Positions 32,274 through 45,329 of a stretch of 64,000 nucleotides of DNA are shown in pieces. Origin of the DNA: Macrostomum lignano (Eukaryota). Below the pieces are notes generated by a model. The model saw nothing but the letters and a program-made list of their open reading frames with translations. It ran no database searches and had not been told where the DNA came from. The stretch is from assembly GCA_002269645.1 (NCBI GenBank), contig NIVC01001361.1, forward strand, positions 62,001 to 126,000. Reading direction: 5' to 3'. Every line of letters begins with the position of its first letter. The stretch's first letter is position 1. A program made the position numbers and the translations under genes.

Positions 32274-32677
32274 CAGGGGTCGGCAAACTTTTTTACCTCA
32301 AGGCCGGATGAAGAATCCAGCTCATGGCTACGAGCCAGATGAGAGTGGAAAGGAAAGGGAATAGAAGAGATAAGAAACAGGACAAGATGAGAAAAGAGGG
32401 AATAGATGAGAGAAGGGAGAGAAGAAAGAGGGGAGAGAGGAGAGGGGGGTAGAAAAGAGAGGGGAGAGTGGAGAGAGGAGAGAAGAGAGAGCAGAGTGGG
32501 GGAGAGGGAAGAGAGGGGATGGAAGAGAGGGGAGAGAGGGGGTAGGAGAGAGCTGAGATGAGACACAAAACCTGAGTGGGCCAGATTACTATTGTGAAGT
32601 TTCACAAGACCCGAGGGCCGGATAGAGAGGCTTTGCGGGCCACATGTGGCCAACAGGCCGGAGTTCGCCAACCCCTG
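32274..32677. mobile_element. hAT-type MITE
   Basis: TIRs CAGGGGTCGGCAAAC / GTTCGCCAACCCCTG; 8-bp TSD CCCTAGCA / CTCTAGCA (7/8 match). Confidence 0.8.
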
Positions 32678-32715
32678 CTCTAGCATAATATCTTATTATC
32701 AGTATAGGACTAATA

Positions 32716-33914
32716 CGAGGTGTATTCAAAAAGTTCTTTTTGGTGCCCTACAAAACTGAACACAAAACAACTAGAACTATGAAAACACTGTTAAATTGTT
32801 TAACATGATTCTGTCACTCAACATATTCACCGCCAATGTCTTTGCACTTTTGCCAGCGATGTACCAGACCTCTGATTCCGGAACTCACACCACTCACGTT
32901 CATTTGGCGAACAGCTTGATTGCAAGCAGCTTCAATGTGCTCGACGCTGTCGAATTGAATGCCCCGAAGGTGCCTCTTCACAAATGGAAATAAGAAAAAG
33001 TCGCACGGTGACAAATCAAGCGAATAGGGTAGATGTTGGAGCTTTTTCCAGCCCTATTTGCTCAAGAGTTCCACGACGTTGTGCTTGCGATGTGCTGGCG
33101 CATTGTCGTGCAGCAGGATCACGCCGGTTTCCAGCAGATCTAAGAGAGTCAGTGATAGCCTCTTTCGTATTGCTGGGCATACATGCGCAACCTTGGGAAT
33201 CACCCGGCCGTTTCTATAGGCAACACACACATGTAAGTCACTATTGGCTGAGAGCAGTCACGTGACTACTATTCTGTCCAATAGCGACATACATGTGTGT
33301 GTTGCCAATAGAAACGGCCGAGTGAATCCCAAGGTTGCGCCCAAGCATGTTGCTGGGCGCAACTCCTGCAGAATCCACTTGTAGTAGTCCCCATTGACGG
33401 TGGTTCCTTGTGCCCAGTTCAGCAGGATTCCTTGGGAATCAAAGAACATGACGTGCATGATCTTCAGCGCACCTTGCTTCCTGATGGCCTTCTGAGGTTT
33501 TGGAGAATGTGCTGGAAGCCATTCGGCAGACTGGGCCTTTGTCTCAGGATCCCAGCTGTCCACAACGCTCTCTCTTCCCTCAGCGAATAGCCGGTACCAT
33601 TTTCGCTGTCTGCTCAGTTGGTGCACAGTTGCCAAGCACTTGCTGAAGCTCCCTAAACATATCCGGCGGCTTTTTTCCTTGCAGAAACGGAAACTTCATC
33701 AAGTTTCGAACGTCTTGTTTTGAAAATGATTCCACCATGGCCAAAAAATGAGTGGTAGCTGATAGAAAGGTTCGCTGCTCAGACATAGTTGCAAACAAAC
33801 CCTATGAACATTTAGGGCATAGACATAACCTGGTGAAATCGCTAAAATTTTGTTTACAAAGCTTTCTAAAAGTAAATGCCAGAGGACTGAAAAGAACTTT
33901 TTGAATACACCTTG
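32716..33914 (-). mobile_element. Decayed mariner transposon (1,199 bp)
   Basis: TIRs CGAGGTGTATTCAAAAAGTTC / GAACTTTTTGAATACACCTTG flanked by TA. Fragments DPETKAQSAEW..KIMHVMFFDSQG and SPCDFFLFP.VK..LRG..RWQKC..GGEYVE. Confidence 0.9.
33185..33340. mobile_element. ~155-bp palindromic insertion within the mariner
   Basis: GCGCAACCTTGGGAATCACCCGGCCGTTTCTA..GCAACACACACATGTA mirrors TACATGTGTGTGTTGC..TAGAAACGGCCGAGTGAATCCCAAGGTTGCGC. Confidence 0.65.
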
Positions 33915-34149
33915 TATATTAGCATTGATATTGACACAACTGCAGTTAGCAGTGTTATTTATTTACTGCTTATTTACTATATTATTTATCAAATAAAGAT
34001 GTGTTGACACTCTTGTATTTGAAATGTAACCCCCCTCCCCATCCTTAACAAGGATTTTATTAGATCCTTTAGGTATTGAGTTAGTTTTTTGTTGTATTGA
34101 AATATCACTATATGACTTTAATTATACTCTGAAACTTTATACAATGAAT

Positions 34150-35900
34150 GCTTAGTGAATGCTTCAAAATGTCAGAAAAGCTTATAGAAATTCTTGAAAA
34201 TATTAGTGAAAAGAATCTTAATTTAAAACAAACACTATATGTTATTTTTTGGCCTGATGAAGAGCCTAAAGGCTTGAAACTGATTGCCATTTTTAGAACT
34301 CAATTTGGAACTTAATATGCTGTGACCTCTCTCCTTCTCTAACTCTCTTTAACGAGTTTCTTAGTTCTCAGCCGGTCTTTAATTATATAGTGTAAAAAAT
34401 ACTATATTCTAGAATCTATATTTCTTTCTTACAATTTCATACAAAGTGTCTATGCATTTTTCATTTCTAGATTCAAGGTTCACTATGACTATTTTCTAGG
34501 TGCTTTTAAGTAGGAAAAGTACTACTAATAAAAAATAGGAGTTTCAAACCTGTTATTCTAGCTAATAACTATAATTTGAGAAAGGAATTTCATTTTAGAA
34601 AAAAATTTCATACCATTAATCATTATATTGACTTCCAAATGTTGGCTTTGAGCCTTAGGTTTAAAAAGTTATATTGATTTAGGGTTTTTTATTCTTTTTA
34701 TTTTCCAAGTAGTTCTGGCCAATTATTAACCAATTTGGCCCATAATAATTTCCAATTATTATATAGGAATCATACATAATTCCTAGCATATGAAAGATAC
34801 TACCATGGGGAAGTCATTTGTGCCTAGATACTACAAAATCTACATGGGCTATTGAAAGAAAAGAGGCCTAGAGACTAGCTTGCAGAAGCATAAACTGTGG
34901 CTTCATTACATTGAGATCTTGTAATGTATAGCAGGTAGAGCTAGTCTAGTTCCATCAATACTTAAACATCTTTGACCCAAACATTTGCTGCAACTGAGCT
35001 ATAACAACATAGAGGTCAATTTTCTAGATATTATCATCCTCTAAGACCACAATGGCAATAGCAAGTCTTAAAACCAGGATATACTTCAAGCCTACTGATA
35101 GCCAAACATTTATTATCCATTATGGCTCATTTATCCTTTGCAAATTTTCCAAGGATTGAAATATAAATATATCCTTAAGTATATCTAGTAGTGCTCTCTT
35201 ATAATTGACTTTGACATAGCATATATAGTATAGGTTTGATGTCAAATCTAGTATAGCACCAAGGCTATAACTGGCATTTCCTTTGGATTATCAAGTACTA
35301 TAGATAGAACAAGTCTTATTGTCAGTATTTCTAGACAAGCAAACAAGTAAAAACATAAAAAAGGCAATTTCTCAGATCCTAGATTTGGATGTCTCATTTT
35401 CTGAGAATAGACTGAACTCTCAATCTTGGGGTAACTCTTATGTCACTATCTATTATTTGAAAAAAGTAACATGAGTGATAATAAGCCCAAGGCTGATTTG
35501 AAGCTTGATCAATGTTCAAAACAATGGTACAAGACCAACAAACAAGAAAAGGTTAATAATTTTGGCTCCTAGCTAACTCTTTTTTATAGTAAATATTTTT
35601 CTATTATTTAAAACAAAGTATTAATACATAGATTATTTAGAATATTTTGCATATAAGAAATATTTTTAATATTTGCATAGTATAACAACAGTAATACATT
35701 TTTGAAAAACAACTTTTTCTAGGAAATTGTTTTAAAAACTGGAGGCCTATTATATATACAATATAATAGAGTAATAGATCATCTAGTACAGGAAGTTGCC
35801 AAAGTACTTCTTGTGGCTATGGGATAGTCAGTGCTAGAGAAACTTGCTAAATGCTAAAGTGGGAGTCAAAAAGGTTATCACTTATCACCCATAGTCCAGA
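34150..35900 (+). mobile_element. Highly decayed Penelope-like element
   Basis: Remnants EVNFLDII (~35010), KTRIYFKPTD (~35070) and VITYHP (~35875), plus a hammerhead-like motif upstream. Confidence 0.5.
34250..34289 (+). ncRNA. Degenerate type I hammerhead ribozyme-like motif
   Basis: TGGC-CTGATGA-A-GAGCC-TAAA-GGCTT-GAAAC-TGATT-GCCA: core boxes, stem II and stem I are present; stem III is defective. Confidence 0.4.
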
Positions 35901-36860
35901 TTATGGCAGGCATATGCTAGAATGAAAATTCATGTTTTTTCAATTTTACACTGATGTAAAATTTAAAAAAATTACACCAAGGTCAGAGTTATTTGTATGC
36001 CAATTTTTTAAAGAACATATATTTTTAGAAATAAAAGTTTTACTAAACTTTAGCATGCTATTTTTTTTTACTAAAACTGATATTCTTTGCTTTAATTTTA
36101 CTTTTCCCATTAAATTACCTTATATTTTTTATTTTAGTTTCCAATTATTTTTAAAAGAGCTTTTGTTTGTTGATATTTAACTATACAATTATATTAGCCC
36201 TGAACTCGGCTATTTTTTATGCCAACTGTGTAAAATTCATATTGTCATTGACCCTGACAATTCAATACACTAAGAGTACGCCAAGATTGTCAGTGAGGGC
36301 AAAAAATACACTGGAATTTTCCATAAAGGCCACATTCTAGTTCCAGACTATGGGTTATCACTAGTATCTTTATTAAATTTATAAACTATTTGTCTTTAGG
36401 CTTAAAAAGGTTAAAAGCTATACTATTACTAATGTATATTTTGTTAAACTCATTTGGGTTTATTTGATTAAAATTTAATGTCAAAATAATTTAATGCAGG
36501 AAACTAGGACATTGCCATGTAAGTCTAGACTCTAGTATAGAGTCTAGCTAAGCTAGGCTTAAGTTTTTTATTTAGGGCCTAACCTAAAGTTAATCTTTCA
36601 TTAACTGTTTGCACTAGGCCTATGTCCATTAATCATTCAGCTGAATTCTAAACTAGACAATAAAAATGATATTACCTAGCTGGGTAGGCCTCTAGACTAT
36701 ATACTATATAGGGGCTAGGGCTAGTTGCTATTTATAGGGCCTACTAGGCGCCTAGCCATCTAGGATATGAAAAAAATAAAATGAGCCATAAGGAAATAAA
36801 CATGACCAAGACAGAAGAAAAAACACACCATAATAATTCAAATTACATCTAGAAACTTAC

Positions 36861-37018
36861 GACAGTAGCTGGATGTTCTTGGCCAGTAACATTTCCAACA
36901 TTGATGGCATTAACATTTAGGCTTTTCAGCAGGTCGATCTTCGTTTCGTCTGATTTTGGTTGATCGGCTTTCACATCAAGAAAGCTTGTTAAAGTCATTT
37001 TTGTGATAAAACCTGTTG
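36861..37018 (-). CDS. Isolated probable exon of an unidentified host gene
   Basis: ttacag| acceptor and |GTAAGT donor; open frame TGFITKMTL...HPATV. Confidence 0.4.
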
Positions 37019-37665
37019 CTGTAATTTTATGCAAAATAATAAGTGTAGGCCTAGTCGTAGTCTAGTGAAAGACGATGTACTCTGTGAGTCTTCAGAATTG
37101 AACATTAACTAATAATGCACTTTTTTAGAATAGAAACATTAAATTTTTTGAAATAGGCCGTACTTTAGAATGCTTAGAATTGTAAATTATATCAAATGTT
37201 TTAATTAGATTACTTTTCGTAAACCACGAAAAGTTACAATTAAAAGTTAAAACACTCATATTGTTCAAAAACTAGAATATTTTATGGATAATTTGTTATA
37301 TTTAGTGTCTTCTTCTCGTTTTAATCCATCCAAACACACGCGTGAAACTTTTTAACAAGTCATAGAAAACTCCAGCAGTACATACATTTAAATACATGTA
37401 CACTACAGCAATGCTCAAAAGGTATCAACCATAGAGCCTATATATATATAGAGCTAGAGAGATGACTCTTTTAACACTAAACCTTACTATAAAAGTGATT
37501 AAACTTTTATCTGCACAGCCACAGAGACGGGAGATGCGAATAAAACTGGGAGAGTATACGAGATGATAAATCAAAGTCCCAAATTCAATCCAAGTAGCTA
37601 TAAACGTCGTTTAAAAGTTGGAATGGATCGGTAGCTAACTTTGCTTCCTGGGCGTCGATAACAGA

Positions 37666-39759
37666 TCAGCCAGTCGTGGCGTTGCCATTCGTAGCCCCAG
37701 CAGATGTTTGGTTGCAGCAGTTGCAATCTGGCGGCTTCATCTGCACAAGCAGGAAAAAATAGGTCAGAAATAGACCAGCAAGCTGAAATGAATGAGTCGG
37801 GAAAGAAGCAATTATTTGCATGGCAACTACCATAGTGCTCCACTCACCATTGGGATCAGCCATCATTTAATTAATTTGATTGCTTCTACCTATACATGTA
37901 GGTCTGCCAACTACAGATTACTTGCTCAAACATGCGTTTCTTAAGCACACTGAGTGCAGTTAATACGGGACTGTCTGTTTGTTCATAAGGACGTTTTACA
38001 CTCGCTGGAGTCTACGCTCGTAGACCATTTCGATTCTCGACCCACTCGGAACAATTTGTGTCCTTGAGCAAGGCACTTAACTCAGCATTGCTTCAGTTCA
38101 CCCAGCTGTAAAATGGGTGCCAGCATTAGCTGTAGGGTAATTGATGGTGTGTGTGGCGACCCCCCAGTCCTTGGATGGACTAAACAGCCGTAGCTGCGAG
38201 GCTGAGCTGTCGGCTGCACATCTGCCCTAGAGCAGCTATAAAAATCAATTATTAAATTATTAAATCACGAGATCAAAAGGCTACTCACTTCTAGAACCAA
38301 AGATTTCTTGATTACGAATAAGGAGAAGCAGGTCAGGCCATTGTCTTCCGAGGATAAAATGTTTACGAACTGGACGAGCTGCAAGATCGGAGTTTAGTAA
38401 CACGGTAGAATTGCGGTGTTAAATGCTTCACATTAGGCACTGATAAAAAGATCGTACTTCTTGTGGCTCTTGCACAACCGTGAGCCTCTGGATATTTTGC
38501 TTCGGTCTCTTTGTCTGAAAATGTAGGTTTGGTTTGGTGGCTTTTAATAAATGCCCGAAATTCAATTTTGAGACCAAAACAAAACAAAGAACAGAACAAA
38601 AAATAGCAAGCTTTGATTGCTGAGTTAGACTTGCCAGATCGCTGATGTACCCGGCCACTGCCACCGGAACGAACAGGAACGCGAATCCCATGGCCACCCA
38701 GAACAGCATGATGAACAGGAACAGAGTCTCCTGTCGCGACTCAGGAAACTGGATTAGATAGTACAGCAGCAGGATCGGACAGGTAAGGCCGAACATGAAG
38801 GTGGCAGACAGGTACTTGCTGACTAGACCGTCAGCAGCTTTCAGCAGGTCCAGTAGGTTTACAAAGTGTCGCCTGCAGACTCGAACCTGCTTGCCAGAAA
38901 CTTCGCCTACACCAGACGAGTCAGCCTGGGCGAGCTGCTTGTCCAGAACGATGTCATAGGCGCTGAAGACGGAGGCGACGATCGCCGCTATGATGAGGAA
39001 GATCAGCATTGAGTAGATCCACACACAGGTCTTCACTACCAGCAGCAGTGAGATGCCGACTCGCCAGAAAATGTAACGCCACTCAATCTGGTAGACTGGC
39101 GCCAGGGCTTCCTCCGGCTCCAGCAAGCGCAGACTGTATTCGAACGGATTCCGGCGCGGCAGCAGCAGAATGAGCACGGCTGAGAACACAGAGTTCGCCA
39201 GCACGCCGGCGGTGCCACCCCAGAACAAGAGACGGTGCCGACGGCAGCTTTTCTCCCAGTGCTTGTCAACGCAGTTGCCGGGCGCGCCCCAGTCTTTGAG
39301 GCTTGTCAGCGCGTTGTCGACCAATTTAAAGAAATCGACAAAGCGACCAACGCAGCTTAAGTACACTAATATGGACTGCGAAAAGCTGCAGTAAAGATAA
39401 AAAGTGATCAGCGTTGTCGAGAGCATCGCCCTGGCGTCAAGTTCCCGCGACATCCTTAGCTGCTGAATACTGATTGCGGCTGCCTCAACGAACGCCAACA
39501 AGCTTAAGACTGCGGCAACGGTGGTGACCAGGCGCCGCCGCCAGCCGGTCAGCAGGCCGGGTAGCAAGCCGATCCAAGAGAAAAAGGTAAAGTAGGGCCG
39601 GAGGAGGTTGCAAGCGCTGAGATCGGGGTCAGCGACGGCTTCGGTAGAGGAAGGTCGTTTTGCTGACTTGGGTTGGACGGAGTCGTCGTTAGTAGTATCA
39701 GCGGGATCGATGCGGATGCTTTTGATTTTACTGTCTCTCTCTAAATGAAGGCGAGACAT
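37666..39759 (-). CDS. Gustatory-receptor-like 7TM chemoreceptor, ~462 aa (exons 39759-38635, 38514-38458, 38378-38289, 37782-37666)
   Basis: Multiple TM helices; C-terminal GLTCFSLFVIKKSLVLE-LAGLFLTYFFLLVQM matches the GR-family TYxxxxxQ motif. All introns are phase 0; intron 1 is GC-AG (CTG|GCAAGT). Confidence 0.8.
38025..38250 (+). mobile_element. 5'-truncated tRNA-derived SINE in a GRL intron
   Basis: TTCGATTC B-box, then TGTGTCCTTGAGCAAGGCACTTAAC..CACCCAGCTGTAAAATG; shared with 48540-48800. Confidence 0.75.
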
Positions 39760-42700
39760 TTCGTACCTGCTGCCGAGCTGTAATACTTCTCTGTCTGGGA
39801 AATTGGGGACTTTTTGTATTCTGGTCTAATAATTAAAAAACAGCTTTGTCGGTCTTATATTCTCAGAGAGTGAATGCTCCTCATGGGTTCGCTAGTGGAC
39901 ACAGGATTTGGCCAATCGTAGTGGAATCGCTTTCTGATCGCCAACAAGGGGATAGAAGGCAGAGTAGCTGAGCTAAACTGAAACGTTCTGGAATGGCTTT
40001 TTGAGATACGCGTCCTTTGCGCCCCCTGTTCTCCTTAATCCACTCTAATCTGCAGCTTTCCACCTGCATGGAAACGGAAGGCACTCCCGATGCCATTTGC
40101 AAAGTCTGAATCATTTCACCCTCTCTTACATCTGCTCTCCTCATCCTGCCAAAGATGCATGCCAATATCATCAGTTACTGTAAGAGCTCTGTAAGAGCTC
40201 TTGTTTAGGTAAGTAGCATTGCGCTGCAGAAATGAGATGCATTGATTTACTGGAATGGCTGCTTGTCCCTGGTACAGAAAAGGACAGGACAGGAAACCCA
40301 ATGAATATGTGCTCTATTCATAGAGTTCTGCAGATAGCTGCCATCTACTGTATACTGTGTCTAAAACAGATTTAAACAAATTCAACCCCAAAACTATTCT
40401 GTGCATCCAGCTGTCTTAAGGAAGGTCGATTCGTCGTCATTTCCATAAAGTTGCGCCGAGTGATGCAGCAGCAAATCAACAAAAAAGTGATAAATTTTCT
40501 GTTAAATATGTTTCCATTACTTCAAGTCCCTGATTAATCGGTGGCTCTTCAGTCTTCTACGAGCGTAGGCTCTATTCAGGGAATACTCAATGCCAGGGAA
40601 CAGAAAACAACAGAATTTGGGAGCCTACTTTGTGTGTATTCCCTTGAAGTGAGTTTTTTTCAGTCGTGAAACCTACGAGTATCCAAGTAATGCTTTTCGA
40701 GGACTAAGCTTTTAATATATCAGTCTCCAACTTTGTCCTTCCCCGTCCCTAGAACTTGAATAGTCCCTGGCTCTATTGCTACGGTGGTAAACTGCCGTCA
40801 CGCGATTTATTGGACAAATCAAAGCGATGCTGAAATGCCTTTGAGTACCTTCCCATTGTCTATTGTTGTCAGACTTAATTACATGCCCAGACCATTTTGT
40901 GAGAATCGTTTTATACAACAATTGTAGATAAATGGTTTGCGGGGCAGACAGAGGCAGTGTAAGTCACGCAAATGCATTAAACTTGGAGTTGCGGCTTTGT
41001 TGTAGCGCGTTATGTATGTTTTGAGCATTGTAGAAATATAAAAAAGCACCAGCTTAGTTGATCTCAAGCTACAAGCTACGAAGCGACAACTTTGACAACG
41101 TTATTCATGCATACATGTACAAGACAGCAGCACAACAAGATGTTCTGTCAGTTCTTATAAAAAAAACAACTTTATAGGGCGCGTCTCTGGCCGGGGGCCT
41201 CGCAGTCGACGAAACGCTGATTGTTGCATATGCCCCCCCCCTCGGTGGGTCACTAAGACGTCTCTCCAGTTGTTGTTGACTCACGCGTCGCCGTAGCAGA
41301 AAGCCGTCGTCGTTTGGTAGAAGAGAAGTCAGGCAAGCTGTCCAGTGCTGACACAGCAGCTTTCATGCCGCCATGATTGCGGGAGCCTGGCACGTTGTAC
41401 CATTGGGAGCAAGAATACCACTGCTTTGAATGTATTCTTGAAATCTATGAAGACAACAGTCAGGATCGAATTGCGTATCCACACCTCCTCGATGACTCGG
41501 CGAAGATCCAGGATACGGATCCAGAACGGGTTGCAACCGCGATGATAGTTTCCATTTGAAGAACATCATCGCGCAGTGCAGGACTGAAGGCAGATGCCTC
41601 GATGCTCTTCAAGCCTTGTGGTGCCCGGCTTTTTAGGAATGGGAACAACAGAAAAATAGCAGAATTTTTTATAGTTTTCAATCAGTTACCGCGAGTTTTG
41701 ACAGGAGATTTTTTAAGATTTCAAGGATACATGTAGCTTATTAAAAATACGTGTATTGCATTTCTTTGGCTCCCCAACGGGGGCGTAGATTGCTAGTCTA
41801 ACAACTAACAATCTGTCGGTTTTTGGATACTAAAAATGAGTTGATTATTGAGCTTTTCTACGGCTGAATACGGACGGACAAGTTGTGACATTTAAGCTGG
41901 ACTCCGACAATGATGCTTAATCTCGATGATGCCACTGTCGAAGGCACCACGAGAATCGAAAAATTACGACAAATACGGAAAAATCAGTTGATTTTAAAGT
42001 CGACTTTCTCATCCAGGATTGATAGTCGACTTCCAACTTGGTTGCCTCTCCTTCTTGAGAGAAAATGAAGACTTATAGGGCGCTGCGGCCTGTTCTCAAT
42101 TCGGTGGGCTCCTCCAAGTACGTTACTGCACGCTTCCCTCTCGTCTAGGCCTTTGCGTGGATCGTAAACAAAAGCAGACAGACTGGCTGATGCAGCATTG
42201 CAAACGCTATGATTCTGTTTGACCGCTTTAAAAATCAATCAGCTGCATGGTCTCTAAAGCAAATTCATCGACGAGGTATTGACGCGCGATGCCTGTTGGC
42301 CTATCGAAATTTCAGTAGGAGATATCCAGAAGACCATGCACTACGAGCGTACTCGTACATGATGTGAGAGCATTTATCGGCAATGTTCTTCCCTTTGCTA
42401 TCCATTCGAGTTACGCTCGAAGGAGTTACAAAAATTTCCACATGTAGTAAAGCAACTGCAGTGCTAAATATAAACTCTTTCCATTTCCAATCAGCGGTTT
42501 CGCATCTCTATCGATCAATCACATGATTCGCTCCGCCCGGCCAAGAAACTTGAGCCTTAAGTCTTGAGCCGTTTTCAGGCCAAAGAAACGAAATTAGAGG
42601 ATAAAAATCTTATACTCCAGCAAGCTATTGAACTGAGGCCAAAACAATTCGACTATACATAACATTTAGGCATCCAAAAAGGTTAGGAAACAGCTCTACT

Positions 42701-42914
42701 TCAAGTAGTCACCTCCATAAACTAAATGAATCTTATCGGATAGAAAATTTATTTTAACCTTTATTGGATTAAAAGTACGATAGATCACAGTCAAAATTGC
42801 TTCTTTATGTGATAATTTGGCAGATTAAAGCAAGAGAATTTTCATTAAAGTTTAAAATCAAGCAGAAAATTTTAAATCTTAAATCCGAAATGTTGGATTT
42901 TTCTCGGCGCAAAA

Positions 42915-44321
42915 TCATTCGACCTTGGCCGACTTCTTCTTTGACATGCTCAACTGCTCCTTTTGCTGCTTCCGATCTCGGCTTCGCATGTAGAGCCAAA
43001 GACCGGAGGACAGCAGGTGCAGGCCCTGAGCAAGGCCAGTCAGCCAGCTTGGCGGCTGCCGGCTGTGCAGGGCGACGCACAGAGTAGTCACAACGATGCA
43101 GCGCATCAGCTCGATGGTGGCGGCCGAGCGGGGGAAGCCGTCAATCAGGCGGCCGATGGAGTACAGGGTGAGGAGGATCAGCGCACAGCTGACAGCCACG
43201 GCCGGCACAGACAGGCTCTGCCGGTTGCTAGCCAGGTAGATGTAGACAACGTGGATAGCGAAGAAGTGCAGGGTGGCGTAGGCAGTCACCCAGATGGGCA
43301 CCTGGGGATTGTGATACTGCACCGGGTTTTCGATTTCCGAGAAATCGTCAGTGCCGAGCCGAGGCGTCCCTGGCTGCCAGCCGGGTCCGTAGAAGAAGGC
43401 GCGGAATCTGTCCGTCCAGTTGCTGTGCTGGCGCCACAGGCCGAGCACGTATTTCAGATGGAACAACTGCAGCTCTATGGGGTCGAAGGTGTTCACCGGA
43501 TGGATGAGGCCGTACACAGGCGGCTCGTCGTCCTTCTCAGCCTGAAAAGTGCCAAAAATCCGGTCAAACAGAATGAAAGTGCCGCCATAGTTCTTGTCAA
43601 TACAGTAGGCATTGCGTCCGTGGTGGACTCGGTGATGCGACGGCGTGTTCATCACGTACTCGATGGGCGCAGGCAGCTTCTTGATCACTTCGGTATGGAT
43701 CCAGAACTGGTACAGCAGGTTGAACTGGATGTGCACGGCAAACAGAGATGGCGGCAGCACCAGAGCCAGTGGTAGGTAGGTAAACCAGCTAAAGTAACGC
43801 TGTAGCACGGATTGGCGCAGCGCAGTGGTGAGGTTGTACCGCTCCGAGCTGTGATGCATCTGGTGGCCAGACCAGAACAAGTTCACCTCGTGCGCGGTTC
43901 TGTGCACCCAGTAGTAGCAGAAGTCCACCCCGATCAAGGCGGCCAGCCAAGCCCAGGCCGAGTCCCAGGGTACTTCAGCAATGCGCCAGTGATCGTACAC
44001 CCAGATGTAGCTGGACACCTCAATGCTGCGCGCCAACAGCAGTGGCAGCTGGGAGATCAAGCCGCCGCTGACTGAGCCAATGCTGTCGTTAAGAGGAATG
44101 GCCTTTCTGCGGCCCTTGCACACCAGGATTATATATTCGATAAAGATGAGCAGCAGAAAGTACGGGATGGCTTCGTCAACAAATTTGGGTACTTTGTCCA
44201 CCTCCGGAGCGCTGGACTCCCACGGCGTCACCAGGTAGAGCATTCTGCGTAGGCCAGTCAGCGGGTCCACCAGGTGCGGCCTCGTCACCTCCTCTGTGAC
44301 GTTGCTCATGTTGCTAGCCAT
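42915..44321 (-). CDS. AGMO: Alkylglycerol monooxygenase (fatty-acid hydroxylase family), intronless, 468 aa
   Basis: His boxes YYWVHRTAHEVNLFWSGHQMHHSSE, WIHTE and TPSHHRVHHGRN..CIDKNYGG..FDRIFGTF. Confidence 0.93.
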   Translation of the reverse strand: MASNMSNVTEEVTRPHLVDPLTGLRRMLYLVTPWESSAPEVDKVPKFVDEAIPYFLLLIFIEYIILVCKGRRKAIPLNDSIGSVSGGLISQLPLLLARSIEVSSYIWVYDHWRIAEVPWDSAWAWLAALIGVDFCYYWVHRTAHEVNLFWSGHQMHHSSERYNLTTALRQSVLQRYFSWFTYLPLALVLPPSLFAVHIQFNLLYQFWIHTEVIKKLPAPIEYVMNTPSHHRVHHGRNAYCIDKNYGGTFILFDRIFGTFQAEKDDEPPVYGLIHPVNTFDPIELQLFHLKYVLGLWRQHSNWTDRFRAFFYGPGWQPGTPRLGTDDFSEIENPVQYHNPQVPIWVTAYATLHFFAIHVVYIYLASNRQSLSVPAVAVSCALILLTLYSIGRLIDGFPRSAATIELMRCIVVTTLCVALHSRQPPSWLTGLAQGLHLLSSGLWLYMRSRDRKQQKEQLSMSKKKSAKVE

Positions 44322-45329
44322 GCTCAGCTAGTGGAGGAGTGACATTCAGCGATTCCGAGTAATACAGCAAAGAGATCTGCTTGAGCCTGAGGGCGAAGCA
44401 AAATATAGCCAGTCGGATCGCAGTCTGTGCGTACAATATGCCGCACACTCTGCCAGCGCTCAGTGACAGCTCATCACTAGGTGAATCTCTTAACTCTAAT
44501 CTTGGGGCAACTTGGCATAGAGACGAGGCGTACAATGAGAAGGCCTGTACACTCGTCTGACCACACCTATATAATGAACTTTGGCTAGGCATGTGACCAC
44601 TGACACTTGCAATTCCCTCCATTCGACCGCAAAGTACGTTTTGGCTTCTACGAGTATGTAACAGGCGGTGGCACGTCGAGCCACGTTTTAGCGATAACGG
44701 GTTCTCATTTGCCCTGTTTTTCTTTTATACATAAATCTCAGCAAAACTAAAGCAATACTTGCAGTTTTCCAGCATTCTTGGTCTAATGTTCTGCACGGAC
44801 TACTTAAACTAGGGATGGGAAACTGGCCAAATCATGCAGACAATAGTTGGAGGCTGGTTTTTTCTAGCGCTCCCTAGAATTTTAGTGAACGTAGAAAGCT
44901 GTTTTTTTGCCATCCTGAACAGAATTTATTCCTCTATAAGATGCACAACTTATTTTTTGTCGAGCTTCATTTTGAGAGTAGCAGTGAGATTTTTTGTACA
45001 GTACTCCTTTTTCACAGTGTTTTTATAGAGAATGCCTTATAAAAATCTGTAGTCAGACGGATTTTTGTCTATGGTATAAAACGCATCATCACTATACATG
45101 TAACACTTGTGTATCAATTGAGCATGCAACGAAGGCTTTGCTTTAGTCTGTCTGATGACTGATAGAGCCTGATACATGTATATGAATGAAGAGTTTAGCT
45201 AAAGTCGAAAAACTCTAGCAAGCCAACTTTTTTCGAGCCAAGCTCACGAGGCCCCCGTCGGGTAGAAAATTAACACAGAGCTACCCGGATGTAGCGAGGC
45301 TGCGGTAGCTGCTAGAGCGCAATGAGAAC

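Noticed and set aside
41190-41240. Possible hammerhead around GACGAAACGCTGA
   Set aside because: No CUGANGA core in a valid arrangement; it may be a LINE 3' end but I cannot support that.
42963-43775. Antisense ORFs over AGMO, the MCT gene, the TRP-like gene and DLST
   Set aside because: These are shadow ORFs of GC-rich coding strands with no independent motifs.
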